A stretch of DNA of 63,208 bases, filler included, from Rhabdomonas costata (GCA_019059605.1; 28 parts of 28 records of this genome joined end to end with filler, not necessarily neighbours in it); one strand, 5' to 3'. Shown: positions 1 through 13,189, counted from the first letter of the whole stretch. The notes: a model not told the origin generated them from the letters alone. Translations and numbers: made by a program.

Positions 1-702
1 GGGGTTGTGGGGGCAAAGGGCAACCGCAAAAATAATGAAGGCAACGAGTAGTCTGGTTGGAGCCAAAGACACGGAAAATCGTCGCTTATGTGCCATTAAG
101 ACCGATCGGTACCAACGTCCCCTTTTTCGGCTGAACTAAGCGATGATGAGGGAATTTCAAATGAGATATCCAGGGACTCGAAAACCTTTTTCAAGTTAAA
201 TTGAATTGCTCCTGCGTGGGGCTTCACTAATACTAGGGGGGCAGGGGAACAATGAAGTAACCCCGCCGCAAAAACCATGAGCGATTACATTACCGGGAGA
301 AGGGTACACGGCCACCCGACTTCTGGTATTTCCCGAACAGTCAGCCCAGTAAACTGGGTGAAGTGAAGTGCAATCCATCCAGCTGAGGTGTACTACTGAA
401 AACATAGTCACGCCTTTTCCACGCCTTGCACTTCCCTTTAGAACCAATGAGTTTTTGACTTTGTAAAATCGCTGCAAGGCATTGACTTTTTCAAATGAAA
501 CACGATCCCATGCCAATGAAGGACACAAAAAGTGACGCGCACGGGACTAAGACTACGCTGAACGTTCCTCCGCCGCGTGTTGGCACATATCCCTTCTCAC
601 TTCCCCCACTTCTTCTTCTTCTTCTTTTTCGGGTTCGAAATCCTATGGCATCATATATACATTGTACAGCTCCCGCAGTATTCTGGGAGAGGCAGGAGGG
701 CC

Positions 703-2163
703 TTAAAACCACCTTCCGTAAAACTGCGTCAGCACAGCCTCAGCCATGAGGCGGTGGAAGTGCGCGCCTGGACTGGTGACATCCCACCAAAGATAGCTGG
801 AGGAGTTGAAGGGGTGGGAGTATCGAATCGGGTACCATGGCCTTACGGGCTCTGCAAAAAGCCCACGGGCCAAGACCTCTGCAAAGAAAGCTGGGGTGTC
901 AAAGAAGGCTACAGAAACCCCGTTCGCAGAGGCAAAGCGCTCCACTTCGTGCTTGAGTAGCGTATTGAAGGCCCGAAGCACGAGTCCGACCTTCGAGAAA
1001 CAGAGTATGTTCTGTTCAAGCAATAGTTAAAACAGTCTGCTCAAAGGTACACTCGCCACCCCTGCAGTAGAATGCATCTGATTTATGCCTGCCAACAAAA
1101 AGTTCCTCTTCTTGGGAATCCTGTGAAAACTGCGCGAGTCTTTGTCTTTGAAAGCAATATAGAAATGAAACCCAACAGCGAACGTGCGGCAAAAGAGGGA
1201 CGAATTTCAAGTGATTAACAACTTATGGTGCCGAAACAATGGAAGCGACAGAAGTGAGTGAGGGTGAGACTGAAGGGATGGGGGGGGAACAAATGAGCCC
1301 CTCGCTAAAGTTAACCCATGAACGCACAGTTCCGTGGATGAGAAGGATGACCTAACTTGCATACAAAATACAGCGGTGATAACTCACAGTTCATGCCAAG
1401 ATGCAGGAGGGACTACACACAAGGAACCTGAATGCCTACGTTGCGGTACTGGTACAACCCCTCACAGCTCATAGGGTAAACGTCACGGGCAAAGCGAGGA
1501 TCGTATAGAGGTGACCGGTCCATGGGAAGTTCCGCGACGACTAAGAATTGGGAGGCTCCCCTGTCCACGAGAAGGGCCATGGCGTGCAAAACATTAGCGA
1601 CGGAGGCGTTGAAGTCCTTGCTGTTTCCCTCCCAAAAGTCATTGAAGCCAATCCCTGACAAGGACAATGGGATGCATGCGACGGGAGAGATTCCTTCGAG
1701 AAACAAAACTTCAACCATAGCAACGCAAACGTCCAGGTATTGAAAAAAGTGTACTGAAGCCAAAAGAACCACGTTGGTCGCTGCCCCAACAACTCTACTC
1801 TACAGCTTGAAGACAACACAATCGAGCGGAATGGCAACGTTTTGCGGTATTCATTTCGCCGTAAGCAGGAGCTTAACAACAGAGAGCATCAACATAACTC
1901 CGAACACCATAGAGCAGATCGAGTTGAAGGAACATACAAATGGTGTGCAGAGCATTCCGGACATCCTTGCGGGGTGCCGAGTAGGCCCCAACCTGGGACA
2001 GCAGCCCAGTGAGTGGGTCATTGGCCGCCGCCAAAACATTGTCAAACCCTGTGCGGGCGCCGTTCCACGCAAACGACCACAGCTCCAAGGAGCCCGCAAG
2101 GGCCGCCAGGTGTTCCACCCACAGGGCGCCGTTGGAGTCCCGGGTAAAGGTGGTGGGGGCCGT
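703..2163 (-). CDS. GDSL/SGNH-family lipase/esterase, 5'-truncated; exons 2163-1938, 1654-1440, 990-703
   Basis: Spliced (GT-AG, phases consistent) product contains RDSNGALWVEHLA, FAWNGA (block II), ALHTIWIGFND (block III), GASQFLVVAELP and YLWWDVTSPGAHFH (block V position); stop at 703-705. Confidence 0.85.
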
Positions 2164-2999
2164 NNNNNNNNNNNNNNNNNNNNNNNNNNNNNNNNNNNNN
2201 NNNNNNNTTAATTAATTAANNNNNNNNNNNNNNNNNNNNNNNNNNNNNNNNNNNNNNNNNNNNTGTTTGTTGGAGTCACGTGCATGCCTGTAAAATCCTA
2301 TTTTCATATCATCGCTGGTTTTGTGCCTGAATAATGCAATCGCCCTCCTTCACCCGCTCGCACACACACACACACACTCAGGGAGGAGGCCCCTCCCCTG
2401 CGAAGGCCCCAAGGGCAAAGAAAACCCTTGAAGTGCACGACTCCCACTCCGAGCCGCCCAGCCCGGCCCCCTCGGGTGTCCATCCCCTGGCAGAGCCGCT
2501 AAAAACTCCTCGCCAGGCAAGAATATTTTTGTGCCGTGATGTTTTCTAACCCTTGGAAGTTATTTTTTCCAGAGAACACCCTGTACCACAATCTCAGCAA
2601 CCGATGAAAAAGTGCTTTTGTAATATTTGGCTTGAAACTGTCCGTGCAGCGCCCACAGTTTAGTATGAGGGTGCACTTGTGCACTTGTGCACTACTTGAA
2701 CACTGCGGATTCAAAGACTCGTGTAGGTATTTAAAGAAGGCTACCTATTGGTTTTGGTGAGGATTGGGTTGATTTTGGCAATCTTGTGTCAATTGTTACA
2801 CGATGGCGCTGCTGTCTTGGGATGGTCTTGTGCCATGTCCTTGACCATCTGTGCCTTAGGCAGGGGGAGAGAGAGTTTTTCATTTCATCACACTTTTTTC
2901 TCGCCTAATGTGTCAAACAGACAGCTAACAGTGAAGCCATTTTTCCGCTGAAAAGGCCGCTCAAACTGAATCATCATCACATGGTTCTCACAGACGAAG

Positions 3000-4196
3000 G
3001 CCGCCTCGGCTCCCCCGCATCCCGCATCTGCGCCTTCTTCGGTGGCTGGTGCGCCCATAGCCCCTGGCTCCCAGCGGGGCCGAGGTGCCCTTTGCACCGC
3101 CCCTGCTCCCCTTTTACAGCCTCCACAATCTTCCTCGTGTCCCGTGGAGTCCACACCTACCAGCATTCCAGGGAGCTCTGAGCTCGGGAGGGTCGGCTTT
3201 GAACCGCGCAGGTAAGAGATTGTGTCAAAGATAAAATGACACTGTATGAGAATTGATTGCGCAGAACGTGGGATTATAGTCGGTGAGGGGGGTGGGTTTC
3301 TGTAGTAATTTCGTGGAGGTGAGAGCCCGAGCCCAACCCCGAGCTCAAATCTCGATTCCACAGTAGTGTCAGTGGCTCGGTTACCACAAAGCGATCCAGG
3401 GAGATTGCTGCCGCAGCGGGTGCCAGTAGTTGCACCAGCAGTGCCCCTCGCGCAGGGCGGGCTGTGGCCGTGACAGTGAGAGCCCACCGACCCCCCTCGA
3501 GCAGTCCCGCGGCGAAGCTGCGTAGGCTTCCCCAATCCGTACTTCCGCTCAGCAGCAACGAGGAATTTCCGGTGTGTAGATGTGCGGATGCCTGTGTGTA
3601 GTTCTTTGTTCAGGTTTTACCGCTCATGGGATACCATGTTTTGTCCCATTCCATTTAGTTGTTCAGAAACGTATGGGATTCGTTTGCTACTCGAAAGCAA
3701 TGCTCCTTGAAAAACTTGGGTGGGATCAGGGTATGGGTTGCAGACATACGCTCGCTCCTTTGGGAACCTGCAGCCCAGTCTGCGAAACAAGGGGCAGCAA
3801 GGGCGGCACTGTGAGTAACAGAAGCTTCTGCCAATAGGCGGGGATTGTGAGTAATAGCAAGACTTTGTAAGGCAGCTGGGTTCGGGAAAAGACTGAAACC
3901 GGCCGCATGTGACACTTTGGTGACACATTGCTGTCATATGCAGGTTTGCTTCACTGATGACGCTCCCTTTGTTCGTTTCTTTCACCTCGTGTGAGCACTT
4001 GGGTGAGAAAAAAGAAGCAACCACCATAGAAAGAATGCTTTGTGTCTGGGAGATACATAATAGTACGCATAACAGTAATGGCCCAATTATCGTCATCATG
4101 GGCCGGTTGGTTCACGGCCTTCGGTGCTCTTTGTGCTCCTCAGGAGAACCTTAGAACAGCTGCGGCAAGACCTGCCATGCCGAAGAATGCCACACG
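3000..4196 (-). CDS. Possible multi-exon hypothetical protein with hydrophobic N-terminus (MRVAFFGMAGLAAAVLR)
   Basis: GC-rich exon-like blocks with AG/GT borders (e.g. about 3750-3812, 3274-3550); no recognisable domain. Confidence 0.25.
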
Positions 4197-4526
4197 CATT
4201 TCCGCTCCGCCGCCCTCTCCCAAGGTTGGGCTGTGATCGATGAAGTTGCCATTGTTTTTCGAAGGTGATTCGAACAGTTTCGCAAATGTTGATGCGAAGT
4301 CAGCCGTATGCTCCGGAAAAGGCGGAGGCATTCTCATCACATCATCACTTATTGGCGGTTTCAGCTTTTGGTGTAAGCGTGTATGTGCACTTGTTAGGTG
4401 CCCTTCACCCCCCCCCCCAACCAAAANNNNNNNNNNNNNNNNNNNNNNNNNNNNNNNNNNNNNNNNNNNNTTAATTAATTAANNNNNNNNNNNNNNNNNN
4501 NNNNNNNNNNNNNNNNNNNNNNNNNN

Positions 4527-6067
4527 GGAGTTGGTGGGGCAGGGGTAGCTGCCACACGTCGGGTTGGCTGCGCAGAGAGAGTTTGAAATCAAAGCAGCAG
4601 AGCTCGGATGACACTCTCCATTTGCTGTCCAGTCCAATTTGCCTCCTTTTGCTCTGGAAAGCAAAGTTCCAGCGGCCACCTATAACTCATCGCTGCCCTT
4701 TAATTCTGAGACACGGCAGTAGGTCAGCTGCTGCGCAGGACAGAACAGGAACTAAAAGGGGATTACGCAAAGATAGGGACAATTTTATTGGGACGGGGCA
4801 GGGCATTTACGGTCAGATGTTTGACGCAGGATCTCTGAAAGGAAAAGATCCGCGGACATATCATACACACCCGTGCAACAGTCCGACTGGCTGCATGTCT
4901 GCGAGGAGCACCGTGTAATGGCGCTCTTCGCGGTGAAAGTGCCCGTGGGGCAGCTGTACCCACTGCTCCCGCACGTCGGCTTGGCTGGGTACGCACATAG
5001 AGAGATAGAGAGACCAAAATGGGACAGCTGTGAAATACACCGCATACAAAAAGTTGTGGTGCACATATACAAAGAATCATCCGCACCCATGGACATGGAC
5101 AGCAATACTTGTGCACACGGTCTGAACCCCAGTGATGCTCCACTGCGTGGTCAGCTGGTCCGGAGTGGGCACGTTCTGCGTGTTGTAGAAGAACGTCGTG
5201 CCCCCAAGGTTGGGGTTCACCGACCACCCCTGGCCGGGCAGATAGTACAGGTACATCAGCACCGCGCTGTTGTAGTAATACTGTCGGCCCTGGTAGCCCC
5301 CGCTGGGCTTGTACACCCCCGTGTAGGCAGAGGCCGCTCCGCTCAGCAAGATGTCGCACACTGCCAAATGAAAGCCACACAACGAAGTGGAACAAAAGGA
5401 AATCAGAGCAACAGAATGCAATAAACCAAAGCTCACCCGAAGGCTGCCTCGAAAGCAAAAGGTAAGGGTCTAGTCCGACAAAAAGAGTGCGGGAGAAGGG
5501 GGGGGGGGAATGGTTTCCCCCGCATACGTGTGCAGCATTCCGCCTCGCTGCAGCTCAACGAGGAGCACACCGTGGAGCTCGGGTTTGTGTTGTAGCCGGT
5601 GGCGGGGCAGGTGTACCCACTGCCGCCGCAAGTGGGGGTTGCTGAAGGTGAGAAAGGGAAGTGTGAGACCCATCACAATCTCTTCGGGAAACACCTCACA
5701 GCCTGTCAAGCACTCACCGAATGCCACATCAACCACCGGCACCGGCGGCTTCGGCAGAAGTCTTCAAGCTTCACAGCACCTGCGATGAAGCACTTTCGCA
5801 GCCGGAGTCCTTTGTCCAGCGCAGGAGCAAAGACCAGACCCAGACCAATATGGCCATGCACAAAAAAAAGCGTGTTACTCTCGAGTCAGTGCAGGAAAAC
5901 AGTAAAAAACAGTTTAACGCTGAGAAGGGCAAGCGGGGCAAAACCCAATAGCGCTGGCATACCAGTGCAGCAGTCCGACTGGCTGCATGTCTGTGACGAG
6001 CAGATCGTGGTCGAGCTCTTCGCCGTGGTGGTGCTGGGGCAGGGGTAGCTGCCACACGTCGGATTGG
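4527..6067 (-). CDS. Modular Cys-rich (probably secreted/surface) protein; exons 6067-5963, 5641-5528, 5360-5109, 4984-4871, 4567-contig end
   Basis: Four copies of PTCG..Y.CP...C SS..C....CCT, each in its own phase-1/phase-1 GT-AG exon (105/114 bp), plus one 252-bp Tyr/Gly-rich exon. Confidence 0.85.
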
Positions 6068-7879
6068 CTACGAAAGTGAATTTCACATCATACCAGATTG
6101 CAAAAACACAAAAGGAGCGCTAATTCCAGGTCCTTCCCTGTCCGATTGTCATACCAGCTTTATACAGACTGCAATCTTTGGATATCCTTCAAATTTTTTG
6201 TGGAATCACGAATGATTCGGACTCCCATCGAAGAACCTTTTTCGACGCTATTTTTCATCTCGAGCACACGGCAAAGGTCATAAGCCATGGCAGTTTTCTG
6301 CAGCGAAAGCCTTTTGTTTCCTCCTCTCCATACTGCACATGTGCACAAACACAAAATGCACTTTGAGGAGAATAACACATGGAGAGTATTGGCGGTAAAG
6401 AACCGCGTGGTCCTCTGCATCATGGAGGGCACGTTTCGGCCACATCGGCAGCACCGGTACCGGCCAAACACTACGCCGCTGGCATCCAATAACGCTGGCA
6501 CACCCTTTTCGACCTCGTCCTGATCTGACTCCTGAGGGATAATTTCGTTTTTTAAAAGAGCTTTTCGGTAATAAGAGATCAGTGGCCCTGCCTCCTCAAT
6601 TCCGCTGATGTTAACAAGGTTCGCGTCCCCGCTCAGGAAAACAACAGACCCAATTGCAAGGACCCGAGAGCGACGAAAACAACTTCTGCNNNNNNNNNNN
6701 NNNNNNNNNNNNNNNNNNNNNNNNNNNNNNNNNTTAATTAATTAANNNNNNNNNNNNNNNNNNNNNNNNNNNNNNNNNNNNNNNNNNNNGGGGGTTGGGC
6801 CTGGGGTGGGACAGGCAATGCGGCCACGTTGGAGGCTCTTCGTGACTGTCGTTCTGTGGGACTGTGTAAAGAGACGGAGACCTTTGTGCATTGCCGCTTG
6901 CTGTACAACCGCCCCCCCCCCCTCCTGGAATCTAGCTGTGCTCTTGCGCTTTTGTGCTGTCTTCCTCTGTGTACTGTGCCGTGCGTCGAAGAAGGTAGAA
7001 CCAGTATGGATTCTTCGCCTGGATGGCAGGGCAGGGCACCATGCAAAACCTCCCCTTCGGGGTGCAAATCCTGAAACCTCTTTCGCAGCCTTTGCATCCG
7101 GCCTCCAGTCGGCCGAGTGGTCGAGATTCATGGGCTCGACAGGTACATTTAGACGCAAGCTCCTTCGTCGAGTGGGTCGACTTGACGGACACCCGCCGAA
7201 AAGATTGGAACAGTGATCACCCTGCTGCAAGGCAACTCCCTGTACCCTCCGCATGAATGTCACCGGTTTCCTGTGGTCCGATGCATTCTGCTTCGCACTT
7301 TTCACAGAAGATAACCGTAGTACTCTGGTTCTTCTTCGTGTTGGTTCCTCTTATGTTCAGGTGTCTCTGAAGTTCTTCCTCGTGCTTGCCCTCTCACCCT
7401 CTCTCTCGCGCAACTGCGTGTGTCGTTCCCTCTGTGCCCCCCCTTCCCCTTCCCGTGTACGCGTAAGTGTGCGTTGCTCCGGTGCTTTTTTCGGGGGAAT
7501 GGAGGGTGCGCCCCGAGTCGCTCTGGGGCCCCGTCCAGAGGACTGTCTCACTGCCCCGGGCTTCTGTGAGAATCCTTACAAGGTGGGATTGTTTGCGATG
7601 TTGTTCATTGGTACCTCTTTCCCTTAATGTCAAGACCACTGTGAGCTGCGATCTATATAGCGATGACGTGTTTGGCCACCCACACCCACATGTGTTTTCA
7701 ACGAGTTTTCACAAGACCGTGCCCGTGTTTGATGAGGGGGTGCTCAAATTCAATTCAGTTCAATGTGACCAGTTCAAAGTATAATTCAAAGTACTCTGAC
7801 CGAAGGAGAAACATCAAAACTTCAAGGACACCCCTGAAAACTGTGCCAAAGTTCAGCGTTCAAAGTTAAAGTCAATTCA

Positions 7880-7912
7880 GTCCAATTCCAATCCCAATCC
7901 CAATCCCAATTC
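7880..7912 (+). repeat. (AATCCC)n-like microsatellite within a TTCAA-rich low-complexity tract (about 7745-7920)
   Basis: tccaattccaatcccaatcccaatcccaattc. Confidence 0.6.
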
Positions 7913-8044
7913 ATTCTTCAGTCTTAACACAACGCTGCGTCAGAACGAAATGGCGAGGCGGGCAGCGGCCATTAAGGCGTGAGACTGGGCTCTCATTTTT
8001 TCTAGAAGCCCCCAAGCAGCTCCCGGGGGCGTGTCGACGTGTTC

Positions 8045-8543
8045 CAGTCCTTCGTGGAAGACTTTGCGGTGAAGCATCTCCTACGGACGGAGGGGATGCC
8101 CTACATCAACGTCAACGCCACTGTTAACTTGTACGTGTGTTTGTGCCATCGTTCCTGTGTTCGAGGCAAAAGTCGACTAGACCTCCGAGCTACTTCAGGG
8201 CTAGCGCTGAACGATGGACGCTCACCGGGTCCGATGACTTTTGGCTGGAATTTAGAGAAGAGAGGAAGAGATTCTTTCCACCCCCCAGTTGCACTGGTGC
8301 CAGACGTTCCGGCACTTTTCATTTCTGGCACCTGCTTGCCGCTACATGATGTGGTGGCGTGCGACCTTCGGCAACAGGATAAAGGACTTTCTGAGGCAGG
8401 TGGGGCACCCCCGGTCCTTCGTGTGGGGACGGGTGCACGCTATCCGAACGAGTCTGCTGATTTTGCAGCGTGCCGTTCGGGCCCATCTGGCGCACCTGCA
8501 CGCCATCGCCGCCAAGGCGGTAGCTCGGTGGGTCACGGAAGAG
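8045..8543 (+). CDS. Hypothetical protein exons with IQ-like motif (LILQRAVRAHLAH)
   Basis: GC3-rich blocks at about 8045-8130 and 8340-8543 ending in GT donors. Confidence 0.3.
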
Positions 8544-9199
8544 GTTCCCCACGCACTCCCCTCTCTCATCGTGGTCCTTGTCGGTCCTTTTGCACGCGCG
8601 CTCTCTCGTAATAAAATGCGCTCACCCTCTGTTGAAAGTCGTGTCAATGCCATATGCGCAAGGTTCCGGAGAGAGCCTATATCTGCTATCAATGCTGGGT
8701 TTCTGCCAGATTGGTCGGAAGAGATGGAGAATTGTGAATCTCAATCGACTGCCTTAGCATTTTATTTGTGGTTGGGGCATGCAGAAGAGGTTGCTGGTTC
8801 CGTTTCAAGCGATGATCAGCGAGAACTCCCGGCGGCCGGTGTGCCCTCTCTCCTTCTGCTCACGTTCAACCCGCGCACGCACGCACAAGCGGAAAACCTC
8901 ACTCTTAGCTCCTTAGCACAGGTGCCTTGGATTTCCCCTGCTACCCACCCCNNNNNNNNNNNNNNNNNNNNNNNNNNNNNNNNNNNNNNNNNNNNTTAAT
9001 TAATTAANNNNNNNNNNNNNNNNNNNNNNNNNNNNNNNNNNNNNNNNNNNNGTGTTGGTGTGTTTGGGGGGGTTGGTACAAGCCCGGCATCCGGAGAGGT
9101 CTTAAACTCCAGTACCAGGACCCGATAAACAAGGGCATAAACTTCAATGACGCTTTGAAAACTTGGAACAAGTATGGCCTAATTTACTGCCTGTTCCAT

Positions 9200-10090
9200 T
9201 TTGCCTCGGGTCGTTGGTACGTCTGGCAGATGGCATGTTGAAAATAGAATAACTGAAGTGGACGACGCACTCCCTGACACACTGGAGGATTGCGCGTGCC
9301 ACTTGGCTCTGTTGAGGCCAGAACATAAGCATTTGAACCAGGATGGCCATGTGTGCACTGTAGACACCAGAATTTTGCGGTGGCCTAACATCAGGATCAT
9401 GGATCAGCGAGGCCGGAAGTTCAGGCTTGACGGAGACATGAAAGACGTCTTCCTGAGCCTGCGCAAAGCTCTTGAGTAGTACTGCCTGTGGTTCTCGAGA
9501 GGCAAAGCCGACCGTTACTACGCACTGGAAAAGTGGGCAGATGCCGTCTACTAGCACTGCAGTAGGAATTGGTCCGAAAAGCTGCAAAGCTCTGTCTTTG
9601 TGCCGGATAACCATCTTGGTACACGAAAATTCTCCGCGTGATCCAGGAGGCACACAAGAAGTTTGTCTTCCTCCTTGATGATCGTGCGCTCCACGGTTTC
9701 TTCGTGGTTTGCAAGTTGGGAGATGGCAAAATACCTCGCTGATAACAATTTCTTCAATCCCTTCAGCATGACCTGGTACGGCGTTGTGAAGGAGGCGAAA
9801 GAATTCAACGAGCGAGTTGATTTCACCACGGGAACTGGAATTGTGCACAATTACGGCAACCACTTTAATAAGCCCACGAGTCTTTAGTGCGGATCTTCCA
9901 GCACATCGAGGACTCCATGTGTGAGAAGTATAAGATCCTACAGTCGGAGGAGGGTAGAAAAGGGTTTTGTGGCATTGATAGCGTGAATGAATTCACACGT
10001 ATGTTCCGAGCCAAAGCAGATGTTGTTCTCGAAAACGTGCAAGAGGCGGTGGATTTTTGCACATGCACACCTTCTTCCAGTTTTGTTCGA
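9200..10090 (+). mobile_element. Decayed Penelope-like retroelement, N-terminal RT region
   Basis: Intronless, stop/frameshift-interrupted frames with GHVCT, RGRKFR, FVFLLDDRALHGFFVVCK (cf. FV..PADKA.NN...VCK) and GRKGFCGIDSVNEF (cf. G.N.FW.I.NS.E). Confidence 0.55.
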
Positions 10091-11939
10091 TGATCTACAG
10101 GACCATTGAAGCTGTCGATGAGGATTGGGACTGGGTCACAGCGGGACTCTTGGATGACGGAAGGAGTGCGTTGGTGACGTCCCCTTAGTATCCCAAGAGC
10201 GTCACTCATGGATAGAGCTCAGCCCACCTCGTCACTCCAGTGTCCAAGTGACGAGACTAAACAAATACCGCGATGGCTCTCCAGAGGCCGCTCCAGACCG
10301 TACTTGGACGCTGTGGCGTCCGACGTAGGTGATCACCACGTGCGCCACCTGACGGTTTTCTCCTGGTTTGCGCTGTTTCTGTTTTTGCCCCCTGCTGCCT
10401 TGCGCATTGTTTTCGGGCGGGCGCCCCCATTGTAAAAGCTGTTGTAGTTCTCTGGCGTGCCTGTTCTTCTGGGCTTCTTCTTTCCGGCTTCTGTGTGTGT
10501 TCTCCCCGTGCGTTGCTGTGGTGGGCTTTGGCCTTTTCTCTCCGCCCGCGCCTTGGCGCGAGACCTGCGGCCTCCCCCTTTCTATTTTGCCCCCGCCAAG
10601 CACTCTCTCTTCTGTCCTTGCCTGCGCCGCCGTGCGCCTGTTTCTTTCGTCTGCCCGCGCGCCTCTCCTAGAAGACCCCTCTCTTAGATTCGGGCCTTTT
10701 GTGCTTCTTTGCTTCCGCCGCGGCGTTCCGCGGCAAACTGCCCGCAGATGTGTGACCGCCCTGCCTGGTTTGGCGCTCGCTTTGTCCGGCTCCGTTCCTC
10801 CAGGAAACACTTTGCCCATTTTAGGGGCAACATGATCCGTACTTTATTTTACATTATGTAAAAGCCCCGCTACCTCCGAAAACTAGGAAATTATTGCGTT
10901 ACATTTCCAACACAATTCTTGTGCATAATGTCATTTTTTCTCGGATTTTGAAGTCGCCCGGTATGCAAAAGTCCGTTACGAAAGATGTGTGTGCCGCGCC
11001 AAAGGCGCGCGGTTTTTTATCGGTTTTTTCCGATGGAGCCTTCATTGTTTTACTCCGTTTTGTTGCTTTTTTGTAAGTATGTTTCTGTGTGCGAGGGCCG
11101 TGATGAGTGGTACCCCATGGTAAATCGATCCTTTCACGATAATTATTATGGAAAGCCCACTAACAAGTGGTAAAACTGTCCGTCCCACCAGCTTGCGCTG
11201 AGGACCCAACCCCNNNNNNNNNNNNNNNNNNNNNNNNNNNNNNNNNNNNNNNNNNNNTTAATTAATTAANNNNNNNNNNNNNNNNNNNNNNNNNNNNNNN
11301 NNNNNNNNNNNNNCGTCTCATTTTTCCCACAGGGAGCGGTGGCTGAATTAGCGGCGGGTTGTGGGTGGTAGTGGTGCAAATAGTCAAAACTGGACCCCTC
11401 GACTGCAGCAGTAGCAGCAGTGACACCGCAGCTCAAGCAGGAGCTTGTGGCTGGTGGCAAGAACAGAAGGGCTCCAAGGAGTGAGTCGAGGTGGGTTGTA
11501 TCCCATGTTTCCGGAAACAAAGAAAAGAAGTTTAAATCATTAGGCTATTTATTTCATTTGTTGACCATCCGGCTTGCTCCTGCGCGCAACCTACGCGGCG
11601 TTTTTCGGGCTAATCCCGTTTTACAGGGACCGCGCCTCGGCTCCCCCTTTCCTAACGCGTGCGTTGGTTTAGTTTAGTCGCGTTGATCTCCGCACACTAT
11701 GCTGTCCGGTGTTTGCCTGTGTGGTCTGCTGTTTATGTGGACATTTTTTTTCCGTGACTAAGGCTTACTGGGTGCACCGTCCCGATGCTACTATCGGCAC
11801 CCCGTTTGTGCGGGCATGCTTTGTTGCTGCAGCATTAAAAAATATTGATTCTCATTATCCATTTCGAGCTAAAAGTCCGACATTTCCACAATGATAACCA
11901 ATAACCAAAAGTCCAACTCCCTCTGCGTCCACAACGCAC

Positions 11940-12264
11940 CAGCCTCCAGATAAAGAAGCCTGATGTTAGTCAGCACCAGTCTCCCGTTTTGGTAGTCCGT
12001 CTGGGCCTCCCCTTGGTACAGGGCCACCCGGTCCTGCCCCAGCACCTCAACCTCGTCGGGGAGCAGCACCGGCCGTCCTGAAGGGGTGAGCTGCAGCGGT
12101 GCCAAAGCCAGCAGTGAGGAGGTTGCGGCGGAGGCGGGCGGGGTATTGCCGCTCCCCTTGCTGGGCTCCCACTCGTGGATCCCCCCGGCAGGACACGCTG
12201 CTGGCCGGAGACTTGGCCACCACGAGGAGGGCCCTCGAGGTTCCCCACACTTCCCGCACTCCAT
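11940..12264 (-). CDS. VPS36: ESCRT-II subunit Vps36, first exon (GLUE domain N-terminus); probable further exon near 11340-11450
   Basis: LTPSGRPVLLPDEVEVLGQDRVALYQG...YQNGRLVLTNIRLLY matches the Vps36 GLUE N-terminus; ATG 12264, donor gtgcgt at 11939; downstream SHKLLLEL. Confidence 0.8.
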
Positions 12265-13005
12265 GCCAAAATGGGTTTCCTGGTCAGAGCTTGGCAGCTC
12301 CTCTCCAGACGACAGACATACGAGGGAGAACAATCACTCACATCACACTTAGAGAATAGGAAAGCAAAAACACCAGTCCCTACGTCCGAGCTCCCAAATG
12401 CTGTATATACAAAAGAACCCAATTCGCCAGTGCGCACAACCACATTATATGTCACCATATTTTAGCGAAAAACCAAAGCTTTCCGCTTCAGTGACCAGGA
12501 ACCCGGCCGCTCGGTATTGGGATTGCAAAGGAGATTGCAATTGGAACTATTGAGACAATTAAGAAGGCTTCGTTATAGCTGCAGTTGAACGAAATGAATG
12601 CTTTTTGGTCAGGGGGCAGATTTCTGAAGGGTGTGAGACGGCAAACACACTGTTAATTGTTGTCTTTAGGGGGCGGAGAGAATGCTAGAGACAGAACCAC
12701 AACTCGAAGCCTTCCGGCCCTCTACAATGCCGGAAATGAAGCACTCCTGGCGAGAAAAACAATCTCGTAACAACGTCGAAAATTCCTGCTGCCGAGCACC
12801 TGACATTCCCGTTTGTACAGTTTGACATGCATTTTTAGCTTGCCGAAAACTTCCAAAATATTCCAGGACCAACACTACCAACAAAAATGTTGTAATTGCT
12901 GTACCCGGCCACAGAGCGGCGTCCAACACCGGTAGGCAAAGCGCTCGCTTCCTAACCAGCACGCAAAGTGGCACAAGGTCTTCGCGACAACTATTATGTG
13001 TTTTA

Positions 13006-13189
13006 TTATGAAAGTTTGGAGAGCACTGAGCTGAGAAGGGCCTCCTGTGCGGCTATTGCGGTGGCATTTGCCTCCGGATCAGTGCTGCTCAGTTCACCAG
13101 AGAAGGGGTCCGCAGAGGAGAGGACCTGCGGTTCAACCGCAGAAGGGGAAGTATCCTCAGCGGAATCTGTGACACTAACTCCACACTTC
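13006..13189 (-). CDS. Terminal exon of a hypothetical protein (Ser/acidic-rich)
   Basis: tttcag acceptor, open frame to TAA at 13006. Confidence 0.35.

Noticed and set aside
1655-1810. Extra GDSL exon needing a non-canonical intron
   Set aside because: A canonical GT-AG intron 1937-1655 gives ALHTIWIGFND directly
6160-6520. BIR/zinc-finger-like fragment (YRCCRCG)
   Set aside because: Needs a frameshift and lacks supporting residues
7880-7912. Telomeric repeat
   Set aside because: Unit is AATCCC, not CCCTAA; few copies and internal
10232-10835. Long ORFs on both strands
   Set aside because: Explained by pyrimidine-rich low complexity
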